In this document: in pieces, positions 8,802 to 17,682 of the stretch
Layout: each line of letters opens with the position of its first letter
How positions within the stretch are numbered: the first letter of the stretch is position 1
Assembly: GCA_963745745.1 (NCBI GenBank)
Contig: CAVUYS010000097.1
Location: forward strand, 62,049-126,048
Direction: 5' to 3'
Source of the DNA: an uncultured Spirochaetota bacterium
GTDB lineage: Bacteria > Spirochaetota > Spirochaetia > SZUA-6 > DRHE01
DNA length: 64,000 bases
Notes under the pieces: model-generated
What the model saw: only the letters and a program-made list of their open reading frames with translations
What the model was told of the DNA's origin: nothing
The model's database searches: none
Made by a program: the position numbers and the translations under genes

Positions 8802-9551
8802 TCAGGCCTTCTTCCTGTACCATGCTTTGCTGGGACGAGTAATGACGATAGCCGCCGCCAGCAGAACGAACAACACGCAGACGACGATCTTGAAGGCGAG
8901 CTTCGCCCGGGGATTCGCGGCTGCGGTCCCAGATGCCCCGGCTCCCGCAACCCACTTGGCTTCCTGCTTGATCCGGCGAGCCTCGTTCGTGGCGACCAGG
9001 TAGTCTCCCTGGGTGACATCGAAGGCTCTCTGGGAGCCACCCGCGAACTTGTCGAAGAATAGCAGAACCTGGGTTTGGTAGAATGTGCCGCTGTATCCGA
9101 AAACCAGCTCTGGGCTGGTCGATTCGACTCGGCGAGGCGCGAATTCGGTGTTGCTTAACGTCACGATCAGGAATTTCCAGTCTTCGCCAGCGATCAGCTT
9201 CTCGTCGTCCGGGGTTTTCAGCTGAACGTAGACGAGGGAATAGGCGTCGAAGACCTGCTTTATTTCCTCTTTGAGCCGTTCCGGGCTCTTCAGGACGCCG
9301 TTTTCGCTTCCGCGCAGATGCACGTACGTGATCGGGTTTATGTAATACGCTTCCACCTGGACCTTGCTTTTTGCATTGGCACCCTTAGCCACCGAGGCGG
9401 AGAGCAGGGTCCACAGGCTGTAATCCGCTCTGACTTGGGCAATGTTGAGGGAGCCGATATCGACGTCCCCGGCCCAGTCCTGCGAGAATACGGCGGCAGA
9501 AGCAAGCCCCAGCAATATGAACGCACCTGCCAGGATTTTTCTTGGGCTCAT
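8802..9551 (-). CDS. Hypothetical exported protein with a C-terminal TM anchor
   Basis: Signal peptide MSPRKILAGAFILLGLASAAVFS; C-terminal TM LAFKIVVCVLFVLLAAAIVI plus a basic tail. AAGGA lies upstream of ATG 9551. Confidence 0.7.
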   Translation of the reverse strand: MSPRKILAGAFILLGLASAAVFSQDWAGDVDIGSLNIAQVRADYSLWTLLSASVAKGANAKSKVQVEAYYINPITYVHLRGSENGVLKSPERLKEEIKQVFDAYSLVYVQLKTPDDEKLIAGEDWKFLIVTLSNTEFAPRRVESTSPELVFGYSGTFYQTQVLLFFDKFAGGSQRAFDVTQGDYLVATNEARRIKQEAKWVAGAGASGTAAANPRAKLAFKIVVCVLFVLLAAAIVITRPSKAWYRKKA

Positions 9552-9568
9552 CGCTTGGTCCTTGATAT

Positions 9569-9598
9569 GCATCCCCGCCTGTTGCCAGGCGGGGATGC
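9569..9598 (-). terminator. Strong intergenic hairpin after the binding-protein gene (mRNA stabiliser or attenuator)
   Basis: Perfect 13-bp stem GCATCCCCGCCTG/CAGGCGGGGATGC with a 4-nt loop; no U-tract. Confidence 0.6.
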
Positions 9599-9611
9599 GA
9601 CGATCCGCTGA

Positions 9612-10724
9612 CTAGTTCAAGCCGTAGAACTGCCGGAACACCGCGGGAATCTTGTTTTCAATTGGCAGGCCCAGGCGTTTGCCGCTCTCCACCCAGACGC
9701 TGATAGGCGGATACTGCACATTGTTCAGGACGCAGTAGTCATAGGCCTCTTTGACCCTCTTGAGTTCGTTGGGAAGGTCGGCACGATAGGAAGGCATGAG
9801 CACCATGATGTACTTGTCCGGCTTGGTGCCCTTCTGCAGGTAGTTCATGGCCGCGGTGAAGGAGGCCTCGCCCCAGTACGGTCCGTTCATGTTGGTGCAC
9901 AGCATTTCGCCGTCCAGCATCGCCTTCAAGGCTTCGCGCTGGCCGTTGACGCCGGTGATGAAGCCCAGCAGCTCGGTGCGCCCCGCCTCTTTTACGGCCT
10001 GGATGGCGCCCAGGGCCGACTCGTCGTTGGCGCAGGAGATGCCGTCGATCGAGCCCTTGGGATACATCTTCAGCCAGTTTTCCACCACCCGCAGGGAGGT
10101 GTTGCGGTCGTAGTCTCCCGCCTGGCTGGCCACAACCTTGATGCCGGGATTCTGCTTGAGCGCCTCAGTCAGTCCGCGGTGCTGGTCGTTGGCGGCGCTG
10201 GAGCCGATGGAGCCCATCAGCTCGACGATGGTGCCCTTCGGGCCGCCGTTCTTCTTGGCGATCTTGTCGATCAGGATGAGCGTCGTGTCATAGTGCTGCC
10301 AGGCCAGATCGGCAATGACGAAGGAAAGGTAAGTCTGGCCGTCCGGCTCCACCGAAAGGCCGCGGTCGATGCAGATCAGGGGGACCTTGGCATCCTTGCA
10401 CCACTGCACGATCGGGCTCATCGGCTCGGCCTTGCAGGGGCTGGCAAACAGCAGATCGGGCTTCTTGGTGAGCAGGTTTTTCACGCCGTTCAACTGCGTC
10501 GGCGGATCGTCATTCCCGTCCAGCCAGATGAACTCGACGCCAGACTTCTTGGCCCATAGCTCCATGTCGTTGTTCATGGTGACCCGCCAGGGGTGGGTCA
10601 TCGTGGCCTGAGAGAAAGCGATAAGGTACTTGCCCTTTGCCTTCTGCTCCTCGCCACCGCCTGCCGCGAAGGCCGCTCCGGCCAGTACCATAAACATCAG
10701 CAGGACGAGCAATGCTCTCTTCAT
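9612..10724 (-). CDS. Sugar ABC transporter substrate-binding protein (RbsB/YtfQ-like, type I PBP)
   Basis: Signal peptide ...AFAAGGGEE, IAFSQATMTHPWR and CANDESALGAIQA; RBS AGGAGG. Confidence 0.9.
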   Translation of the reverse strand: MKRALLVLLMFMVLAGAAFAAGGGEEQKAKGKYLIAFSQATMTHPWRVTMNNDMELWAKKSGVEFIWLDGNDDPPTQLNGVKNLLTKKPDLLFASPCKAEPMSPIVQWCKDAKVPLICIDRGLSVEPDGQTYLSFVIADLAWQHYDTTLILIDKIAKKNGGPKGTIVELMGSIGSSAANDQHRGLTEALKQNPGIKVVASQAGDYDRNTSLRVVENWLKMYPKGSIDGISCANDESALGAIQAVKEAGRTELLGFITGVNGQREALKAMLDGEMLCTNMNGPYWGEASFTAAMNYLQKGTKPDKYIMVLMPSYRADLPNELKRVKEAYDYCVLNNVQYPPISVWVESGKRLGLPIENKIPAVFRQFYGLN

Positions 10725-10770
10725 CTCTACCCTCCTAAAGCTTTCTCAGCCAACCTAGGGTCGGCTGCTT

Positions 10771-11754
10771 CTACCACTTCTTCCTTTCCGACAGAAAGTA
10801 GATGGCCAACAGCAGAATGATACCCTTCACCCCATCCTGGATGAACGGTGAAACGTTCAGCATGTTCATCACCGAGGCCAGGATGCCCATGATGACGACG
10901 CATACGATGGCGTTGGTCAGGCTTCCCTTCCCCCCGCTCAACGAGGCTCCACCCATGATTATGGGAATAATCGAATCGAAATTGTAGGAAACGGCCACCG
11001 CCGGGCTGCCGTAGCTTAGGCGGGAGGCATACATCAAACCGGCCAGGCCCGCGAAAAGGCCGCAGATGCCGTATATCACGTACTTGAGAGCCGCTATGTC
11101 GACGCCTGCCAGACGGGCGGTTTCCTCGTTGTTGCCGATGGCATATATGTTCTGCCCGAACCGGGTACGGTTCAGGATGTAGTAACCGATGCAAAAGATG
11201 ATTCCCATAATGATCACGGGGATGGGAACGATTCCGATCGAGTCCTTGCCGTAAATGCCGAATTTCTCGATCGCCTCAGGCAGCATGTACTGGGGGCTTC
11301 CGCCGGTCAGCACGAAGGCCAACCCGCGAGCGATGATCAGCATCGCCAGGGTAGCCACGAAGGGTATCAGCCGCACCACGTTGATCATAAAGCCGTTCAA
11401 CAGCCCGATGACGCTCCCGACCAGCAGGGGAATCAGAAAAACCAGCACCGCGGAATAGTTGGCGTTGACCGCCATGACGGCGATGCAGCTGTTCAGGGCG
11501 ACGATCGAGCCCACCGAGAGGTCGATGCCGCCGGTGAGCATCACAAAAATCTGCCCGGTGGTGATAATGGCCACCATGGAAATCTGGCGCAGCAGATGAA
11601 GCAGGTTCTCCGCAGTGAAGAAAACCCCCTTGCTCAGGATGGTCGAAAGCGCTATCAGCACTGATAGAATGAGCCATATGGCGTATTTCCTGGCCGCTAT
11701 TCGCAGATTGGCGCCGGTGGAAAACGAGTTGGTTTTGGAATCAGCAGCGCGCAT
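10771..11754 (-). CDS. Sugar ABC transporter permease (RbsC family)
   Basis: GGIDLSVGS, FVATLA, FGQNIYAIGNNEETARLAG and GGASLSGGKG. Confidence 0.92.
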   Translation of the reverse strand: MRAADSKTNSFSTGANLRIAARKYAIWLILSVLIALSTILSKGVFFTAENLLHLLRQISMVAIITTGQIFVMLTGGIDLSVGSIVALNSCIAVMAVNANYSAVLVFLIPLLVGSVIGLLNGFMINVVRLIPFVATLAMLIIARGLAFVLTGGSPQYMLPEAIEKFGIYGKDSIGIVPIPVIIMGIIFCIGYYILNRTRFGQNIYAIGNNEETARLAGVDIAALKYVIYGICGLFAGLAGLMYASRLSYGSPAVAVSYNFDSIIPIIMGGASLSGGKGSLTNAIVCVVIMGILASVMNMLNVSPFIQDGVKGIILLLAIYFLSERKKW

Positions 11755-11765
11755 GCGACCACCTA

Positions 11766-12707
11766 CTATTCATTTTTGCTTCTTGCCACCAGGTTCGTGG
11801 TGAGCAGCATCCTCACCCCCACGATCGCGATGAAGAGCAGCCCCTTGGTGATCTGCTGGTAGTAGGCGGAGATCCCCAGGAGGTTCATGAGATTGGAAAT
11901 GATCGCGAGAATCAGGGCGCCGATGATTACGTTGCGTATTCTCCCGCGCCCGCCGCGCAGGTCGATGCCGCCCAGCACTGCCGCCGTTATGGCATCCAGC
12001 TCATAGCCCACCCCGCCTTCGGGGTTGCCGCTGTTGACCCGTCCCGTGTACAGCAAGCCGCCAATTCCATAAAACACACTCGCCACCATGAATAGCTGCA
12101 GCTTGATCCTTCCCGTCTTAATCCCGGAGTAGAAGGCGCTCTGCTCGTTTCCTCCTACGGCGTATACCCCTCTTCCCCATTTGGAATAATTGAGAATGAG
12201 GCTCATCAGCACAATGCTGACCAGCACTGTGTAGAACGGCAGAGGAACACCGAGGAGCTTCCCCTCGCTGAACATTTGCAGTCCCGAGTGGCGAGTGGAA
12301 ATCGTCAGGCCGTTAGCGAAAAACAGTGCACCGCTGCGCGCAATGCCCATCATCCCCAACGTCGCCAGCAGGGCGGGAATCCTCGCCTTGCTGGCCAGCA
12401 GGCCAGTGGCGGTGCCTATTATCAGGCTGCTGGCGATCGCTGCGAAAACAGCCAGCACGATGGAGAAACGGGTGAAATAGGCCGCGAGCACGGAGCAGAG
12501 GGCGACAATGGAACCCGGCGTCAAATCGATGTTGCCGGACAGCAGCACCAGGGCTGCGCCGATGGACAGCGAGCCCACGATCGCGCTGGCAACCAGGAAG
12601 TTCTGGATGTTCTCCACGGTAAAGAAATCCGGAACCACGAAGGCAGAGATCACGAATAGAACGAGCAGAAGCAGCAGGCCGATCTCATTTTCCAGAAATT
12701 TCTTCAT
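11766..12707 (-). CDS. Sugar ABC transporter permease (RbsC family)
   Basis: GNIDLTPGS, GRGVYAVGGNEQSA and YELDAITAAVLGG. Confidence 0.92.
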   Translation of the reverse strand: MKKFLENEIGLLLLLVLFVISAFVVPDFFTVENIQNFLVASAIVGSLSIGAALVLLSGNIDLTPGSIVALCSVLAAYFTRFSIVLAVFAAIASSLIIGTATGLLASKARIPALLATLGMMGIARSGALFFANGLTISTRHSGLQMFSEGKLLGVPLPFYTVLVSIVLMSLILNYSKWGRGVYAVGGNEQSAFYSGIKTGRIKLQLFMVASVFYGIGGLLYTGRVNSGNPEGGVGYELDAITAAVLGGIDLRGGRGRIRNVIIGALILAIISNLMNLLGISAYYQQITKGLLFIAIVGVRMLLTTNLVARSKNE

Positions 12708-12714
12708 CTCGTCC

Positions 12715-14232
12715 TCACACCCCGGCTTTGCCTCGGGAAAGGCTTCTGGGTATGGCCAGGGTAAGAATCTCCTCCTGAGTGATCGCGGCAGGATCGGCCT
12801 CTTTAACGATGGTCCCCTCGTTCATGATGAGGATCCTGTCGCTCAGCGCCATGACCTCGGGCAGTTCGGAGGAAATCAGAATGATCGACCTGCCCTGAGC
12901 GACGATGTCGGCCATGAGGTGGTAGATCTCCTCCTTGGTGCCCACGTCTATGCCCCGAGTCGGCTCGTCCAGGATGAGGATGTCACAGCCCGCGCCCAGC
13001 CATTTGGCAAAGACCACCTTCTGTTGGTTTCCGCCGCTCAGATTGGCTATGTCGCAGCCGAGCGTCGGCGGCTTGATTTTCAAAAGACCGATCTGCTCCA
13101 GGGCTTGGGCGATCATCTTCTTGAAATCCAGGCCGAACAGCCCCTTCCTGAATCTCTTCAGCACCGGCAGGGTGATATTCTCGCCCAGTGTCCGAAGCAT
13201 CAGCAGGCCGCTCTCCCTTCTGCTTTCCGAGAGGTACCCGATTTTCAGTGCCAGTGCCTTGCCGGGGTCTTTGATGCTCACGCTTTGGCCATTTACGACG
13301 ATTTCCCCCCCATCGATCGGGTCGGCGCCGATGATGGCCCGTGAAAGCTCGGTTCGTCCCGCGCCGATCAGGCCGAAAATGCCCAGAATCTCCCTCTCCT
13401 GCAGCTCGAAGCTCACGTCCTTGAGTCGCTTGCCCTGGTTGAGGTTGCGCACCGCTAGCACGGTCTTGCCGATCTGCGTTTTCTTCTTGTAATAGTGCTC
13501 CTGCAGCTTGCGGCCGATCATCCCGCTGATCATTTCGCCCAGAGATATGTCCTGCACCCTACTGGTCTGAACGATCTTGGAGTCCCTCATCACCGTTACC
13601 CGGTCCCCCACTTCGTAGACTTCGGCGAGATGGTGGGAAATGAAGACGACACTGATGTCCTTTTCGCGCAATTGCTTAATGGTCCGGAAAAGCAGGTCCA
13701 GGGACTTGCCACTGAGCACCGCGGAAGGCTCGTCCATGATAATGACCTTACTTTCCCGGCTTACCGCTTTGGCGATTGTGATGAGCTGCTGCTGGGCGAT
13801 GCTCAAGCCTTCCACTTTTCTTCGGGCGCTTATTTCGATGCCGAGGGACAACAGAAGCTCTTCGGCGGATTGCTCGGTCCTTTTCCAGTCGATTATCCGC
13901 CCTCTGACCGCCTCATTGCCGAGAAAGATGTTTTCCGCAACGCTTAGGGAGGGTATCAGCTCCAGTTCCTGGTATACGACATTGATGCCCAGAGCCCTGG
14001 AGTGGCTGGGGTCCTCAATCTGCACTCGCTGATTCTCGAGATAGATCTCACCCTCTTCACACTTGTACACTCCCGCAAGCACTTTCATCAGAGTGCTCTT
14101 GCCGGCCCCGTTTTCACCCACCAGGCAGTGGACTTCCCCCCTCTCGAGGTCGAAATCCACATGATCTAGCGCGAGCACACCCGGGAATCTCTTGACAATT
14201 CCACTCATCCGGACAACTACCGGATTCGGCAT
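12715..14232 (-). CDS. Sugar ABC transporter ATP-binding protein (RbsA/MglA, two NBDs)
   Basis: GENGAGKSTL, MDEPSA, LSGGNQQKV and DEPTRGIDVG. ATG 14232 has a purine-rich RBS. Confidence 0.95.
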   Translation of the reverse strand: MPNPVVVRMSGIVKRFPGVLALDHVDFDLERGEVHCLVGENGAGKSTLMKVLAGVYKCEEGEIYLENQRVQIEDPSHSRALGINVVYQELELIPSLSVAENIFLGNEAVRGRIIDWKRTEQSAEELLLSLGIEISARRKVEGLSIAQQQLITIAKAVSRESKVIIMDEPSAVLSGKSLDLLFRTIKQLREKDISVVFISHHLAEVYEVGDRVTVMRDSKIVQTSRVQDISLGEMISGMIGRKLQEHYYKKKTQIGKTVLAVRNLNQGKRLKDVSFELQEREILGIFGLIGAGRTELSRAIIGADPIDGGEIVVNGQSVSIKDPGKALALKIGYLSESRRESGLLMLRTLGENITLPVLKRFRKGLFGLDFKKMIAQALEQIGLLKIKPPTLGCDIANLSGGNQQKVVFAKWLGAGCDILILDEPTRGIDVGTKEEIYHLMADIVAQGRSIILISSELPEVMALSDRILIMNEGTIVKEADPAAITQEEILTLAIPRSLSRGKAGV

Positions 14233-14297
14233 TTGCCTTCTCCCCAATCCGCCAAAGATTATGAATAAATTTGCAGGCTTCTCATAAACCTGCACAG

Positions 14298-14350
14298 TCA
14301 GCCACTGGCTCAGCCACTGGTATCGTAAATCATATTTCTGCTTTTGTCAA
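14298..14350 (-). promoter_or_regulatory. Promoter of the ABC-GRE operon with a candidate operator repeat
   Basis: Minus strand TTGACA (14345-14350), 17 nt, TACGAT (14322-14327). The tandem repeat TCAGCCACTGG x2 (14298-14320) covers the predicted start site. Confidence 0.6.
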
Positions 14351-14433
14351 AGTATTCATTACTCCGTTAATTACCTACATCATATATAGATAGACTACCA
14401 CTTTCCGCTCCTCTCTTGAAGGTGTAGGCAAAT

Positions 14434-14462
14434 TTGACAAGGAATAGAAACAGATATATAGT
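14434..14462 (+). promoter_or_regulatory. sigma70-like promoter of gntR
   Basis: TTGACA, 17 nt, TATAGT. Confidence 0.65.
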
Positions 14463-14464
14463 GA

Positions 14465-15274
14465 ATGAGCCACTCGATGAAAAAGACCGTAGTCCGGGAT
14501 CCTATTTACAACCAAGTAGTGAAAATTCTCAAGGAAATGATCACCGGCGGAGAGTTTCAACCCGGTGAACGTTTCCTTACAGAACGAAAGATCAGCGAGG
14601 AATACGACATAAGCCGGAACACCTCCAACAAAGTGATCTCCAGCTTGGTCTCCGAGGGAATACTGGAAATCCGGAAAGGCATCGGGACATTCGTGCGGCC
14701 GGCGATTTTCGATTTCGACCTGAGAACCCATTACGGGTTCACGCAGAAAGCCATCAAGGCCGGAAAGAGGCCCAGGACCGAGGTCAAGCGTTTTCAGATC
14801 TTGGATTCGAATCAGATCGATTACGAAGTGGTCGAGCGGCTGAAATTGAAGAAGGCGGAATCCGTATACTACATCGAGCGTCTCCGCTTCCTAGATGATT
14901 TGCCGGTAATAATAGATCGCCGGTTCCTGGCCAGGAAATATCTTCCCGATCTGAAAGAGCAGGATCTTGCTGGATCACTCTTCAACCTTTTATATGAAAA
15001 ATACGGCCTGCAGATTTCCAGCGCGACTGAAACCATACGAGCCGTATCGATAAGCGGAAAAGACGCGAAGATGATGGGCGTTCCCGAGGGTGAGTCCTGC
15101 CTTCTGATCCTGTCGACCGGTTTTATCCAGACTGACATCCCGCTCTGGGCCGAGAAGACGCTGTATCGCGGGGATGCCTACGAATTCAGAAACCGCATCG
15201 GCCCGGTTGAGGACGATCATTCAACCACCGGATTCTATTTCAGGAAGTCAGCCGAGAGTTTTGCTCAGCGTTAA
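14465..15274 (+). CDS. GntR family regulator (HutC/UTRA subfamily)
   Basis: wHTH PIYNQV...TERKISEEYDISRNT...KGIGTFV and a C-terminal UTRA domain (SLFNLL...YRGDAYEF). The true start may be ATG 14477. Confidence 0.92.
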   Translation: MSHSMKKTVVRDPIYNQVVKILKEMITGGEFQPGERFLTERKISEEYDISRNTSNKVISSLVSEGILEIRKGIGTFVRPAIFDFDLRTHYGFTQKAIKAGKRPRTEVKRFQILDSNQIDYEVVERLKLKKAESVYYIERLRFLDDLPVIIDRRFLARKYLPDLKEQDLAGSLFNLLYEKYGLQISSATETIRAVSISGKDAKMMGVPEGESCLLILSTGFIQTDIPLWAEKTLYRGDAYEFRNRIGPVEDDHSTTGFYFRKSAESFAQR

Positions 15275-16308
15275 TACTTTCCCTTGCTTTTCGCCATTTC
15301 CACCATCACTTTCAGATTTTCAACGGGCGTTTCCCGGGCGATCAGGCAGCCGGCGTTCAGGAAGAAATCAGCTTGCGGCATCACTGCTCGTAAAACTTCC
15401 TCAACCGCCTTCTCCACGTCCCTCGGCGTGCCCCGGCTCAAGACTTCACCTGTGTCGACGTTTCCCAGGATGCATACCCTTTTTCGGGTCCGCCGCAGTG
15501 CTGCTGGCAAATCCGTCTTGTGGTCGATCTCGATCATTTCCGCGCCGGTTCCGACCCAGATATCCAGTATGGGTTCGGTCTTTCCGCAGATGTGAATAGA
15601 AAGCGGAATGCCCATTTTCTTGCAGTCCTCCGCCAATTCCTTGTGTAGCGGGAAGACAAACTTCTCATACATTTGAGGCGAGATCAGCTCAGGCCCCGAA
15701 AGCGAATCGCCAATGGAGGTGATGTGGGCTCCCACGGACTTCATGGCCTTCATGAACTCGACTGCGCATTCCTTGCAGTACCGCAGCAAGCCGAGGATTG
15801 ATTCCAGGTCCTCCTCGGCGGCTATTTCCATCAAGAACTCGTCGATTCCCCTTAGCATGCAGGCCAGACTGAAGGGGCCTTGATCGCCCCGTCCCATGAT
15901 AAAAACTTCCTTGCCTTTCTTTTCGACGACGACCTTTACCGCCTCCAGCCACACCGGGAGCCTTCCATCCTTCCAGGGATCGATTTTCTTCAATTTCTTG
16001 TAGTCCCTGATCTTGCTCAAGCATCCAGCCTTGTGTCGTGGGGCTGCGTCAGCGGTATAGTCGACTTCGGCGCCTATTGCCTCCGCCATAGCTACTGCGT
16101 CACAACCGATAATGATCCCGTCGTATCCGATTTCTTCCTGCGCCTGCAAATGGGCAGACGCCAGCTTTTGCGAATCCCGGGAGAATTCGATCATGTCGTA
16201 ACCCGAAAGCCTTGCGGCAACCAGGGCATCATAGAGCATGACGGGTACTCTATCTGGAGTACGGTGATTCAGTACCAGTAGCGAACGCTCGAGAGAGGTC
16301 ATTCCCAT
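15271..16308 (-). CDS. URO-D / MtaA-CmuA family (methylcobamide methyltransferase-like) protein
   Basis: PDRVPV, QGPFSLA and LISPQMYEKF; Zn-ligand pattern HICG...NAGC. RBS AGGAG precedes ATG 16308. Confidence 0.85.
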   Translation of the reverse strand: MGMTSLERSLLVLNHRTPDRVPVMLYDALVAARLSGYDMIEFSRDSQKLASAHLQAQEEIGYDGIIIGCDAVAMAEAIGAEVDYTADAAPRHKAGCLSKIRDYKKLKKIDPWKDGRLPVWLEAVKVVVEKKGKEVFIMGRGDQGPFSLACMLRGIDEFLMEIAAEEDLESILGLLRYCKECAVEFMKAMKSVGAHITSIGDSLSGPELISPQMYEKFVFPLHKELAEDCKKMGIPLSIHICGKTEPILDIWVGTGAEMIEIDHKTDLPAALRRTRKRVCILGNVDTGEVLSRGTPRDVEKAVEEVLRAVMPQADFFLNAGCLIARETPVENLKVMVEMAKSKGKY

Positions 16309-16418
16309 AGCTCCTGCACGAAGGATTGAATGGCGGATTCTACGTTGAATTAAGGGCATTGTCAATTTTCCCAGCGAGGCACTTGAGTTGCCGGCAGTGA
16401 TTCTCTATGATTCGCTCG

Positions 16419-17660
16419 ATGACATCACGTGAGCGTATTCGCGCGGCTTTTCAACACCAGGAAACTGATAGGGTACCGCTTGATTTCGGCGGTCACCGCT
16501 CCAGCGGGATCGCTGCCAGCCTTTATCCATCGCTCAAGAAAGCGCTTGGCATTAGATCCGGCAACACGTACGTCTACGATATCGTGCAGCAACTGGCGAT
16601 CGTTGAAGAACCGGTTCTCGATGCGCTTGGAGTGGATACCATAGAGCTAGGGAGAGCCTTCTTGCTTGACGACAAGTCCTGGAAGGACTGGACATTGCCC
16701 GCTGGAACTCCCTGCAAGATACCGGGCTTCATCAATCTGGAGCGCAGAGGAGAAAACACCTTTATCGTCTCTCAGAAGGGGATAGATCTCGCGGTGCTGG
16801 CACCAGGCTCCCTTTTCTTCAGACAGATCTATCATCCTTATGGGGAGTGCGATTTTGAGAAAAACACCTATGCTGATCTTGAGGAGCTTTTCGCGGAGAC
16901 AATGTGGACCGGAGCCCCGAGCGTAGGGACGCATATCGACTACACAACTTCCCAGGGCTACAGTGAGCTGCGCGCGGGTGCACGCCGTCTCAGGGAGAAA
17001 AGCCAAAGGGCGATTGTTGGCATTTTCGGCGGCAATATGTTTGAAATACCGCAATTCCTATACGGTATCGATAAGTACCTTCTATATATGGGATTATATC
17101 CGGCCGATTGCGAAAGGCTCTCATCGGTACTTTATCAGCGCTATTCGAAAAGACTCGAAACCTGGCTGGAAGCCGTTGGAGAGTATATCGATATAGTGGT
17201 ATTTGCCGACGATTTGGGCTCTCAAACGGGTCCCTTCATGTCCCCGCAAATGTATCGCCAATATTTCAAACCATGGCACGCAAGACTGTGGAAGCGAGCC
17301 AAGGAAAAAGCTGGCGTTCATACCATGCTTCATTCCTGCGGAGGCTATGAACCGCTCCTGGAGGACTTGATCGACGCAGGGCTGGACTGCAGCAATCCGG
17401 TTCAGATCAACAGCCGGGGCATGGAACCGGCGAATCTCAAGGCTAAATATGGGAAGCGTTTCACCTTCTGGGGTGGAGGCTGCGACACAGGCGTAGTGCT
17501 GCCTCATCATACGCCAAAGCAGGTGCAGGAACACACTCGCAAACAGGTTGCAATCTGGCGCCAGAGCGGAGGCTTCGTTTTCCAGCAGGTCCACAACATC
17601 ATGCCGGAAGTGCCTATAGAAAACGTACTGGCTATGTTCGAAGCAGCGCGGAATGCCTAG
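16419..17660 (+). CDS. URO-D / methyltransferase family protein
   Basis: MTSRERI...TDRVPLDFGG, FADDLGSQ, HSCG, FWGGGCDT and QVHNI. Start taken at ATG 16419 because ATG 16407 lies inside a -10 box. Confidence 0.85.
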   Translation: MTSRERIRAAFQHQETDRVPLDFGGHRSSGIAASLYPSLKKALGIRSGNTYVYDIVQQLAIVEEPVLDALGVDTIELGRAFLLDDKSWKDWTLPAGTPCKIPGFINLERRGENTFIVSQKGIDLAVLAPGSLFFRQIYHPYGECDFEKNTYADLEELFAETMWTGAPSVGTHIDYTTSQGYSELRAGARRLREKSQRAIVGIFGGNMFEIPQFLYGIDKYLLYMGLYPADCERLSSVLYQRYSKRLETWLEAVGEYIDIVVFADDLGSQTGPFMSPQMYRQYFKPWHARLWKRAKEKAGVHTMLHSCGGYEPLLEDLIDAGLDCSNPVQINSRGMEPANLKAKYGKRFTFWGGGCDTGVVLPHHTPKQVQEHTRKQVAIWRQSGGFVFQQVHNIMPEVPIENVLAMFEAARNA

Positions 17661-17682
17661 GTTCATCTAGCCGCGTGTTGCC

